From positions 1-33,979 of the forward strand of contig CALWWH010000266.1 of the NCBI GenBank assembly GCA_944385195.1: a stretch of 33,979 nucleotides of DNA. The letters run 5' to 3'. Position numbers and translations under genes: made by a program. The notes beneath the pieces were generated by a model. It saw nothing but the letters and a program-made list of their open reading frames with translations, had not been told where the DNA came from and did no database searches. Source of the DNA: an uncultured Oscillospiraceae bacterium (GTDB lineage: Bacteria > Bacillota > Clostridia > Oscillospirales > Oscillospiraceae). Position 1 is the stretch's first letter, and each line of letters begins with the position of its first letter. Below are positions 20,401 to 27,573 of the stretch, one piece after another.

Positions 20401-21757
20401 TGATGCCCGTCAGGTCGATGATTTTCTGACTGAGCTTGCGCCTGGGGTCAACAAAGGTCTGGTATTTGTCTACAATCTCGCCGCCTCGGACGATGGCCGC
20501 GCCGATCTCGATGATCTCGTCGTTTTGGCCGGATAGACCCGTGGTCTCTAAGTCAAAGGCGACGAACTCGCCGTCCAAAGGCCAGGACTGCGTTCCGTGG
20601 ACGCTGACGCGGTCGTCCACGTCGTTGACAAAATAGGCCTCTACGCCGTAGAGGATTTTGATGTCCTTGCCTTTGGCGGCCTTGAGTGCGGAGGGGAAGT
20701 TCTGCACCACGCCGTGGTCGGTGATGGCGATGGCCTTGTGACCCCAGCGGAGGGCGGTGTCGACGGCCTTGCCAATGTCGGTCAGCGCGTCCATGTTGGA
20801 CATATTGGTGTGCAGATGCAGCTCCACGCGCTTTTCGGCGGCGGTATCCTGGCGCAGGGGGCGCTCGCCCTTCTGGATGGCCAGGGGCTGGAGGACGTCT
20901 TCTTTCTCGAAGTTGCTGTAGCCCATCCGGCCGGCAATTTGTACCCACATGCCGGGCTTGATGCCGTCGAGGATCGGCTGGGCGCGCTCAGCGTCCATGT
21001 ATTGGTTCACGCGCACGGAGCCGGTGTAGTCGGTGATGTCAAAGTTTATGACCCAAGCGCCGCGCTTCTTAATCTCCTTGTGGTTGACGGCAAACACCTC
21101 TCCCTCGACGGTGACCTTGTCCGTGTCCAGGCTCAGCTCGGCGATGGGGGTGGTGATGGCGCGGAAGGGCTTACCCATGATGCTGCTGCTGGCGGGCTTG
21201 GGCTCCTTTTCCTTGATAGCGGCGGTGGGAATGTTTTGCATGGCCTCCTGGCGGATCTGCTCTGTGCGGGCTTGCAGCTGCTCGGGACACAGCTCCTGAC
21301 TGCCCGCAATGGTGAGCTTCCACTGTCCGCCAAAGCGCCGGGCGAGGAACTCCTCGCCGTAGTGCAGCTGGGGCTGGAGCAGGTCCTTGCCATTTTGGCG
21401 CAGGGTTACGGCAAAGCCGCAGTCCGTGCGGCTCCACTGGCAGCCTGCCAAGATGGAGCGGGCTGGGGCAAAGGCGTGGCGGAGGACCTCGGTCAGCTCT
21501 GCGGTGGGCATCTGCTCCACGCAGGAAAGGTCAAACTGCGGCTGTAGCTCCACCCGCCCGATGCCGTAGTGCTGGGCAATACCGGTTTGCAGCGCCTCCA
21601 GCTGGGCCAGGGTGATGTACTGCTCAGCCCTCAGCTGCGCCGTGACGCGGCGGGAGGCTGCGTCAATCTGGGCGCTGAGCAATTCGGCGCTGCGCAGGAT
21701 GGGTTCCAGCCCCTCCGGGGGACGATATTCAGAAAACAGGTCGCTCAGGTATTGCAT
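17498..21757 (-). CDS. polC: DNA polymerase III alpha subunit, PolC type
   Basis: About 1420 aa with a PHP domain ('VELHLHTNMS'), an inserted DEDD exonuclease ('FVAFDLETTGLS', 'HRAVDDA') and the polymerase core ('DIDLNFSGEYQ'). I place the start at ATG 21757 ('MQYLSDLF') behind a GGAGAGAG RBS, not the track's 21817. Confidence 0.96.
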   Translation of the reverse strand: MQYLSDLFSEYRPPEGLEPILRSAELLSAQIDAASRRVTAQLRAEQYITLAQLEALQTGIAQHYGIGRVELQPQFDLSCVEQMPTAELTEVLRHAFAPARSILAGCQWSRTDCGFAVTLRQNGKDLLQPQLHYGEEFLARRFGGQWKLTIAGSQELCPEQLQARTEQIRQEAMQNIPTAAIKEKEPKPASSSIMGKPFRAITTPIAELSLDTDKVTVEGEVFAVNHKEIKKRGAWVINFDITDYTGSVRVNQYMDAERAQPILDGIKPGMWVQIAGRMGYSNFEKEDVLQPLAIQKGERPLRQDTAAEKRVELHLHTNMSNMDALTDIGKAVDTALRWGHKAIAITDHGVVQNFPSALKAAKGKDIKILYGVEAYFVNDVDDRVSVHGTQSWPLDGEFVAFDLETTGLSGQNDEIIEIGAAIVRGGEIVDKYQTFVDPRRKLSQKIIDLTGITDAMLAGAPTIDQVLPEFLAFCGGRPLAAHNADFDTAFIRNACQRLGLPYEYTSLDTLIMAQNLLPKLGKYKLNIVADALSLPDFQHHRAVDDAITVAYMLQRFFAMLHEAGILDIQAINPHMQALRSGGRILDRQARHMILFAKNNTGLRNLYRLVSYAHLNYFKRVPRIPKSELMKWREGLIVGSACEAGELFQAVVDGKSEDELLRIASFYDFLEIQPLCNNAFMLENGKARDEEQLRQFNRTIVRLGQKLGKRVVATGDVHFLNPEDEIYRRLLLASKGFADADRPTPLYFKTTDEMLQEFAYLGEQTCYDVVIKNPNEIADMCEQISPVPKGLFAFDIENAEQRLKDLVYGKLNALYDESLPQAQKDRVETELGDILGRGYASIYMSAQILVQDSLEHNYLVGSRGSVGSSIVAFLSGITEVNAFPAHYRCPNCRHSDFDVPPKYACGADLPDAVCPICGTPYVKDGFDIPFETFLGFGGAKVPDIDLNFSGEYQADAHRYTIELFGSDHVFRAGTIGTVAEKTAYGYVKKYMEEHHRDIPKAEENRLAAGCVGVKRTTGQHPGGLVVIPAYSEIYDFCPVQHPADSTDTDIITTHFEYHSMEDNLLKLDMLGHDDPTMIRMLEDMTGIDAKKIPLDDPDTMSIFTSSKVLGFENDKILGPMGSCAIPEFGTSFVRGMLQDTMPKEFDTLVRISGFSHGTDVWLGNAKDLITSGTCTAKEAIGCRDDIMLYLISKGMDPKMAFSIMEDVRKGRVKKGGFKPGCEEKMRELGVPDWYIQSCRTIAYLFPKAHAVAYVMMAFRIAWFKVHEPLAFYSAYFYRRSQKDGFDAAMMTGGIETVKAKIKEISSNDEATAKEQDLLTTLEVCYEFYLRGFAFLPIDLYESDPLKFNIKDGKLLPPFVSVSGLGETAANDIAEGRKGRQFLSIEEFQLACPKVSKTHIEQLRAAGAFGDLPETSQMTLF

Positions 21758-21788
21758 GGTCTCTCTCCGTCCATATGATCTCCAATAT

Positions 21789-21817
21789 AGTATACCACGC
21801 TTCGTGGGTTTTTGCAT
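21789..21817 (-). promoter_or_regulatory. Candidate polC promoter (aTGCAA-17 nt-TGgTATACT)
   Basis: Extended -10 TGgTATACT (hexamer at 21794-21789) with a weak -35 at 21817-21812. A-tracts lie upstream. Confidence 0.35.
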
Positions 21818-21896
21818 CAGGGATTTTTGCGCTGGGCCGTTTTTGGGACAGCTGCGGCCACACGGCGGAGACTGGCAATCATTCCAGCGATTATGG

Positions 21897-21925
21897 TTGA
21901 CCTTTTCATGATTTCATGGCATAAT
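21897..21925 (+). promoter_or_regulatory. Sigma-A-type promoter for der (TTGACC-17 nt-TGgCATAAT)
   Basis: -35 at 21897-21902 and -10 CATAAT at 21920-21925 with a TGg extension and a 17-nt spacer. Confidence 0.55.
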
Positions 21926-21964
21926 ATAAGATACAAGATTTTGCGAATCAAGGAGGACAGGAGT

Positions 21965-23290
21965 ATGGCTAAGCCTTTGGTTGCCATTGTTGGGCGGCCC
22001 AATGTGGGCAAGTCTCTGCTGTTCAACAAGCTGGTCGGGCGGCGCGTGGCCATTGTGGAAGACACCCCGGGCGTCACTCGTGACCGGCTGTATGAGACCT
22101 GCGAGTGGTCAGGACGGGAGTTTATGCTGGTGGATACCGGCGGAATTGAGCCAAATACGGACAGCGAGATCCTGAAATTTATGCGCCGTCAGGCGGAAAT
22201 CGCCATCGAGACGGCGGATGTCATCATCATGGTCACGGACGTGCAGGTGGGTCTCACGGCTGCCGATGCAGACGTAGCAGACATGCTGCTGCACTCCGGC
22301 AAGCCCATCGTACTGGCCGTTAACAAGTGTGACAGCGTCGGGCCGGTGAATCCGGATGTGTATGAGTTTTATAACCTGGGCCTGGGGGACCCCATTGAGG
22401 TCTCTGCGGTCCATGGTCACGGCACCGGCGACCTGCTGGACGCCTGCATTGCCCACTTCCCCCCGGCAGAAGAGGAGGAGCTGGAGGACGACCACATTCA
22501 GGTCGCCATCGTCGGCAAACCCAACGTCGGCAAGTCCAGCCTGGTCAACCAGATCCTGGGCGTGGAGCGCGTGGTCGTAGCCGATCAGGCGGGCACCACC
22601 CGGGACGCCGTCGACAGCAACTTTGAAAACGAGTATGGCAAGTATACCCTCATCGACACCGCCGGCATGCGACGCCGCGCAAAGGTTGAGGACGCCGTGG
22701 AGAGATATTCCAACCTCCGGGCCGTAGCCGCCATTGAGCGGGCCCAGGTCTGCCTGATCCTCAGTGTCGCCACCGAGGGCGTCACCGAGCAGGACACCGA
22801 GATCGCCGGGCTGTGTCACGAGGCGGGGAAGGCCTGCATCATCGTCGTCAACAAGTGGGACCTGGTGGAAAAAGAGACCAACACCATGAAGCAGATGACC
22901 GAGGACATCCGCCGGGATCTGAGCTATATGCAGTATGCCCCGGTGCTGTTTCTCTCTGCGCTGACCGGGCAGCGGGTGGACAAGCTCTACGAGCTGATCA
23001 ACCGCGTCGTGGCCAACAATGCCATGCGCATCACCACCGGCGCGCTCAACTCCCTGCTGGCCGATGCCACTGCCCGCGTGCAGCCACCCTCTGACAAGGG
23101 CCGCCGCCTGAAGATCTACTACATGACCCAGGCCGGCATCCAGCCCCCGCATTTCGTCGCCTTCTGCAACGATGCGCGGCTGTTCCACTTTTCCTATCAG
23201 CGCTATCTGGAGAACCAGATCCGCGCCGTTTATGGCTTGGAGGGTACGCCCATCAAGCTGACCATCCGGCAAAGAGGTGACGAAGAATGA
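21965..23290 (+). CDS. der: Ribosome biogenesis GTPase Der (EngA)
   Basis: Two tandem G domains ('IVGRPNVGKS', 'DTGG', 'NKCD' and 'IVGKPNVGKS', 'DTAG', 'NKWD') plus a KH-like C-terminus. Start is at ATG 21965 after AAGGAGG; the track's 21812 start lies upstream of the promoter. Confidence 0.95.
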   Translation: MAKPLVAIVGRPNVGKSLLFNKLVGRRVAIVEDTPGVTRDRLYETCEWSGREFMLVDTGGIEPNTDSEILKFMRRQAEIAIETADVIIMVTDVQVGLTAADADVADMLLHSGKPIVLAVNKCDSVGPVNPDVYEFYNLGLGDPIEVSAVHGHGTGDLLDACIAHFPPAEEEELEDDHIQVAIVGKPNVGKSSLVNQILGVERVVVADQAGTTRDAVDSNFENEYGKYTLIDTAGMRRRAKVEDAVERYSNLRAVAAIERAQVCLILSVATEGVTEQDTEIAGLCHEAGKACIIVVNKWDLVEKETNTMKQMTEDIRRDLSYMQYAPVLFLSALTGQRVDKLYELINRVVANNAMRITTGALNSLLADATARVQPPSDKGRRLKIYYMTQAGIQPPHFVAFCNDARLFHFSYQRYLENQIRAVYGLEGTPIKLTIRQRGDEE

Positions 23291-23910
23291 TCTGGCGCGT
23301 GCTGGTACTCCTGGCCGCAGGGTATCTGTTGGGCAGCCTCAACGGCGCGATTATGATCTCTACCCACGTCTACGGCGATGACGTCCGCAACCACGGCAGC
23401 GGCAATGCCGGCATGACCAATTTCCTGCGTACCTACGGCAAGGCAAAGCTGGTCCCGGTCATCCTCATCGACGTGGGCAAGACGCTGATCGCCTGCTTCA
23501 TCGGCTGGCTGCTGCTGCACGAGATGGGCTACGGCCCCGAGGCCAAGATTTTGGCGGGCATCGCCACTATGGTGGGCCATGCCCTGCCGGTGTTCTACGG
23601 CTTCCACGGCGGCAAGGGCGTCCTGGCGGCGGCGGCCGTGGGCTTCAGCATGAGCTGGTGGACCGCTCTGATTTGCCTGGTCATTTTCTTCCTCATCCTG
23701 GAGACCACCAAGTATATGTCCCTGGCGAGCATGACCGCCGTCACCCTCTGGTGCATCTGCGGCATTGTCATGTTCTGGGGCCGCTGGTTCGTTGTGGTCT
23801 GCTTGGCTCTGGTAGCGGCGATGGTTATCTTCCTCCATCGCGGCAACATCGGCCGGCTGATTGCCGGCAACGAACGAAAAACCTATCTACATACCCCAAA
23901 GGAGAAATAA
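23287..23910 (+). CDS. plsY: Glycerol-3-phosphate acyltransferase PlsY
   Basis: 'AGYLLGSLNGA', 'HGSGNAGMTN' and 'GHA.PVF.GF.GGKG'. The ATG overlaps the der stop (ATGA). Confidence 0.93.
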   Translation: MIWRVLVLLAAGYLLGSLNGAIMISTHVYGDDVRNHGSGNAGMTNFLRTYGKAKLVPVILIDVGKTLIACFIGWLLLHEMGYGPEAKILAGIATMVGHALPVFYGFHGGKGVLAAAAVGFSMSWWTALICLVIFFLILETTKYMSLASMTAVTLWCICGIVMFWGRWFVVVCLALVAAMVIFLHRGNIGRLIAGNERKTYLHTPKEK

Positions 23911-23913
23911 AAC

Positions 23914-24150
23914 ATGAACATCTATCGTCATCACGACCATCATGACCATTCCCACGAGCATATAGAGCCCGCCGAGACGCTGGCGATCCTGAACTATATG
24001 CTCGACCACAACCGTCACCACGCCGAGGAGCTCCACGACATCGCCCACAGCGCCCAGCCGGAAGAGGCCGCCAAGCTGCTGCACGAGGCCGTTACCCTCT
24101 TTGGCCAGGCCAATGACAAGCTGGAGCAGGCGCTGCAGCTGATGAAATAA
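23914..24150 (+). CDS. Small histidine-rich putative metal-binding protein
   Basis: 78 aa. N-terminal 'HHDHHDHSHEH' followed by a helical 'LNYMLDHNRHHAEELHD' segment. An AAAGGAGA RBS is present and the gene starts 3 nt after plsY. Confidence 0.6.
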   Translation: MNIYRHHDHHDHSHEHIEPAETLAILNYMLDHNRHHAEELHDIAHSAQPEEAAKLLHEAVTLFGQANDKLEQALQLMK

Positions 24151-24164
24151 GGAGGAGTTATTTT

Positions 24165-24356
24165 ATGTGTCTTTCCACTGCCTATACCGTCTCCCAGGAG
24201 ACTGAAACCGTGGTGGCCAAGTTTGTCAGCAAGATCGAGATCAATAACGGCATTGTTACCCTGACCGACGTCATGGGCGCCACAACAGAGATCCCCGGAG
24301 AGCTGTTTGACGTCGACCTGATCAACAACACCGTCAAGATCCGCGTTGCGGCGTAA
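24165..24356 (+). CDS. CooT-family (putative nickel-binding) small protein
   Basis: 63 aa starting 'MC', i.e. Cys2. The overall pattern 'MC...AY......V....V..IE......L.D..G....I.G....VDL....V' resembles CooT/PF10133. Strong AGGAGG RBS. Confidence 0.65.
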   Translation: MCLSTAYTVSQETETVVAKFVSKIEINNGIVTLTDVMGATTEIPGELFDVDLINNTVKIRVAA

Positions 24357-24370
24357 GCCATCGCGGGGTC

Positions 24371-24418
24371 AAAACACCCTCCGCTGCCCGAAAAGTACGG
24401 CAGCGGAGGGTGTTTTTT
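24371..24418. terminator. Bidirectional rho-independent terminator
   Basis: 18-bp stem AAAACACCCTCCGCTGCC / GGCAGCGGAGGGTGTTTT with a trailing T6. The complementary A-run serves the convergent minus-strand gene. Confidence 0.85.
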
Positions 24419-25922
24419 ATCGAATTGTTATCTCCAGCGCTTCCCGGGTGGACTGGCAGAAGGTCACGCGCCAGTCGATCTGCTCCGGTGCCTGGAAATA
24501 CAGCGAGGAGACAGCACCGTGGACGGGACGGCCCTCCCGGGCCAGGACCAGAGCCGTTGGACCGTCAGCGCCTCCGATGAGGCCGACGCTGTCCGTGGCG
24601 GTGGGCCCAAAGCCGGACGGCGGATTTTTAGGCCGCGGAGGGTCGCCCGGGGCATTGTCCGTGACCTGGATGGCGCCAATCGGCAGCGGCGGCTCGGTGA
24701 GAAACTCCATGGTCACGCAATGGCTGGGGTATTCCCGGGTCTCGTCGTGGGCAAAGACCTGGATGGTCTGGGCCTCGTAGTCCGTGACGGTCAGGGTATA
24801 GCCAGCGCCGGTGAGCGGGTGGGTCAGCCGGACGGAGTCCCCCACCCCGCCCAGGCGAAAAATGGGACCGGGGATGCGCTCCGGGTGGGGCCTGAGCGTC
24901 AGCGACAGCGAGCTTAGCTTTGGACGGCGCCGGGTCGCCCAGGGCAGGCTGATGCGGTGGATGGTCCAGCCCCTCTCCGGGTCGAGCTTGTATTGCTCCA
25001 TCAGCCAGCGGGACTTGAGGTCGTTGGCAACGCCCTCGGGAAGGCAGTCCTCCGGCAGCCAGCTGCGGCTGGTGCCGTATTTTTGGCGCATATGCTTGCC
25101 GTTCACCCTAGCCTCGAGGTCAAAATCCAGGTGCAGCGGGTTCCGGAAGTCTAAATACTCCTGCTCGGCAGCGCTCAGGCGATCCTCCCGATCTTGATAG
25201 GGCCGCCACTGGTCGATAAAGTCCCGGATGGCTTGCTTGTCTGCGCCGATGCAGATGTCTGCGACCAACCCCGCTGCGCAGGAATACACAGCCGGGAGGT
25301 AAACCGTCACGCCGCCCCAGTCCAGGCTCTGCCCCACGCCCAGCGGGATGCCTGCCCGGTCGCGGCCCTGATGGCTCCAAAAGCCGCTGTGGAAATAGAC
25401 CTTCCAAGCCGGGCGCTGCGGCGGCGCCGGGGCGACCCACTCATAGTACTCCCGAGGAAAGGGGATGGTTTTGGGGTCGAAGTCCTTATAGACGGCCTGG
25501 AGATAGTCAAAAGGAGCCTCCATCGGGCGGAGGGAAAATGCCCGGGAAATGCGGCGGAGCACAGCCCTTTGTGGGTCTGTAGGGGCGTTTTCCCGGCAAA
25601 AAGCTTCAAATTGCGCCCGATCCATGCTGTGGGCCTGCTGGAGAATGCCTGCATCCCCGCAGCAGAGCAGCAGGCGGAGGAAGTCTTCAAAGTTTCTTGC
25701 CAGGGGATAGACGAACTGCCCCTCCCCTGCCATGGGCTCGACGGCGAAGACCATCTCGCCGAAGCGGCGGATAAAGCAGTAGTGGATGCCGTCTACCCCC
25801 GCCCAGCCGATGATCCGCGCCCCCTGGGGAGTGCAGAAGTAAGGGCTGTTCTCCGCCCGGCGCTCAAACCCGATCAGGGGGGTGTCCAGTTTCATGCGGC
25901 AGAAGCGTCCGTATGGCGTCAT
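24417..25922 (-). CDS. Hypothetical protein, 501 aa, no confidently recognised domain
   Basis: An AAGGAGG RBS lies 8 nt before the ATG. The ORF is bounded by the terminator above, and its codon usage resembles its neighbours. The N-terminal roughly 100 aa ('GWAGVDGIHYCF...GEMVFAVEP...FVYPLARNFEDFLRLLL') vaguely resembles SMI1/KNR4 (SUKH)-type folds. Confidence 0.7.
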   Translation of the reverse strand: MTPYGRFCRMKLDTPLIGFERRAENSPYFCTPQGARIIGWAGVDGIHYCFIRRFGEMVFAVEPMAGEGQFVYPLARNFEDFLRLLLCCGDAGILQQAHSMDRAQFEAFCRENAPTDPQRAVLRRISRAFSLRPMEAPFDYLQAVYKDFDPKTIPFPREYYEWVAPAPPQRPAWKVYFHSGFWSHQGRDRAGIPLGVGQSLDWGGVTVYLPAVYSCAAGLVADICIGADKQAIRDFIDQWRPYQDREDRLSAAEQEYLDFRNPLHLDFDLEARVNGKHMRQKYGTSRSWLPEDCLPEGVANDLKSRWLMEQYKLDPERGWTIHRISLPWATRRRPKLSSLSLTLRPHPERIPGPIFRLGGVGDSVRLTHPLTGAGYTLTVTDYEAQTIQVFAHDETREYPSHCVTMEFLTEPPLPIGAIQVTDNAPGDPPRPKNPPSGFGPTATDSVGLIGGADGPTALVLAREGRPVHGAVSSLYFQAPEQIDWRVTFCQSTREALEITIR

Positions 25923-25993
25923 ATGTGCGGCCTCCTTAGGTAGTTAAAAGACGGCGCGGACATGCCAAAACCCGTGGGCAAAGACATAGTCCG

Positions 25994-26019
25994 GCAGCCC
26001 GGACAAATGTCCGGGCTGC
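25994..26019 (-). terminator. Hairpin after glnA (possible weak terminator)
   Basis: 11-bp stem GCAGCCCGGAC / GTCCGGGCTGC with a 4-nt loop, starting 4 nt after the glnA stop. There is no clean U-tract. Confidence 0.4.
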
Positions 26020-26023
26020 GCGA

Positions 26024-27367
26024 TTAAAACATGGTAATGTAGCGCTCGATCTCCCAGTTGGAGACCGAGGTGCGGTAGGCGTCCCACTCACGCTCTTTGC
26101 CTTCGATATAGGCGGCACAGACGTGGGGGCCCAGAGTGTCGAGGATAAGCGGGTCCTTTTTCAGCTCGCCAATGGCCTCGATGAGGTTGCCGGGGAGGCT
26201 GCTGATGCCGCGGCGCTTGCGGGTGCGCTCGGACATATCGTAGATATTGTCGTTGATCGGCGCCGGGGCGGCCAGATTGCGCTCGATGCCGTCAAGGCCC
26301 GCTGCCAGACAGACCGCCAAGGCCAGATAGGGATTGCAGGCGGGGTCGGGGCAGCGCAGCTCCACGCGGGTGCCATTGCCGCGGGCAGAGGGGATGCGGA
26401 CCAGGGCGGAGCGGTTTTGCGCAGACCAGGCAATGTAGCAGGGCGCTTCATAGCCGGGGACCAGGCGCTTATAGGAGTTGACCAGGGGGTTGGTGATGGC
26501 GCTCATGCCCTTGATATGGGCAAGAATGCCGGCGATGAAGTGATAAGCCGTCTGGCTCAGGCCCAGCTCGCCGTCCGGGTCGGCAAAGGCGTTTTTACCG
26601 TCCTTATACAGGGACATCTTGGTGTGCATGCCGGAGCCGGCGATGCCGAAGATGGGCTTGGGCATGAAGGTAGCGTGCAGGCCGTGGTGCTGGGCGATGG
26701 TCTTGACCGTTAGCTTGAAGGTCATGATTTTGTCGGCAGCGGCCATGGCGTTGTCGTACTTAAAGTCGATCTAGTGCTGGCCGGCGGCCAGCTCGTGGTG
26801 GGAGGCCTCAATCTCGAAGCCCATGGCCTCCAGGGCCAGGCACATCTCGCGGCGGACAGGCTCGCCGTGGTCGATGGGGTTGAGGTCGAAGTAGCTGCCC
26901 TCGTCATGGGTAATGGTGGTGGGGCGGCCCTCCTCGTCCGTCTGGAAGAGGAAAAACTCCAGCTCCGGGCCGACGAAAAAGCTGTAGCCCATGGAGTCAG
27001 CCTTCTCCAGCACCCGGGTGAGGACGCCGCGGGGGTCCCCAATGAAGGGCGTGCCGTCGGGATTATAGACAGAGCAGATCAGGCGGGCGACCTTCGCGCC
27101 CTCCCCGTGCCAGGGGAAGATGGTGAAGCTGTTCAGATCCGGGACCAGATACTGATCAGACTCCTGGATGCGGACAAAGCCCTCGATGGAGCTGCCGTCG
27201 ATCATGATCTGGTTATTAACGGCCTTCTCGATCTGAGAGGCGGTAATGGCGACATTCTTCAAGGTGCCGAAGACGTCGATAAACTGCATACGGATGAACT
27301 GAATGTTTTGCTCCTGCACTATGCGGACGATATCCTCGGGGGTGTATTTGCTGGTGAACTTGGCCAT
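26024..27367 (-). pseudogene. glnA: Glutamine synthetase type I (glnA) interrupted by a single in-frame TAG at 26771-26773
   Basis: Track ORFs 26771..27403 and 26024..26746 are in the same frame. Together they read '...[32 protein letters not shown]...', and GS normally has 'GQHEIDFKY' there. All other GS motifs are intact ('GPELEFFLF', '[13 protein letters not shown]', '[13 protein letters not shown]', 'SALVRIP'). Start is at ATG 27367 after AGAGGAG. Confidence 0.8.
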
Positions 27368-27414
27368 GATGATGTGCTCCTCTTTCAAAATTCCGGGGGT
27401 CATAGACTAAAGTT

Positions 27415-27443
27415 ATTATATGGCCCCGCAGGGGCAGTGTCAA
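27415..27443 (-). promoter_or_regulatory. Perfect consensus sigma-A promoter for glnA (TTGACA-17 nt-TATAAT)
   Basis: On the minus strand, -35 TTGACA is at 27443-27438 and -10 TATAAT at 27420-27415, with exactly a 17-nt spacer. Confidence 0.7.
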
Positions 27444-27573
27444 CCGAAATGTGCCCCAATGGCGTAGGATTGGCGCTTTCACCAATGGCTTTGCGGGAAA
27501 AGGTGGCCTTTGGGCGGTTTTTCTCAGGAATATGTGCCCCGGGCGCAACATAGAGTGCAATGGGGTGATAAAC

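Noticed and set aside
21758-21964. The polC/der divergent intergenic region as a possible oriC or DnaA-box cluster.
   Set aside because: I found no TTATCCACA-like boxes here or in the other intergenic regions; the best match is 5 of 9. The region is explained by two divergent promoters.
21812-21964. N-terminal extensions suggested by the ORF track for der (21812), polC (21817), spoIIP (27451), the PAS protein (29056), the small membrane protein (28629), the P-loop ATPase (32740) and the YcxB-like gene (6352).
   Set aside because: The extensions are non-homologous and lack RBSs. They run through mapped promoters or terminators. Internal starts with good SD sequences coincide with the conserved protein N-termini.
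26771-26773. TAG reassignment or pyrrolysine as the explanation for the in-frame amber in glnA.
   Set aside because: TAG is used as an ordinary stop by at least three good genes in this window: serS (14393-14395), spo0J (15702-15704) and the P-loop ATPase (32180-32182). The interrupted position is a conserved Glu, not a Pyl site. No pyl genes are visible. Nonsense mutation, base-call error or low-level read-through are more parsimonious.
27527-27556. A sigma-E-like sporulation promoter (GAATAT...CATAGAGT) upstream of spoIIP.
   Set aside because: It only partly matches my recollection of the sigma-E -10 (CATACA-T). The implied transcription start would fall on or after the spoIIP RBS (27562-27568). 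That is too uncertain to list as a feature.
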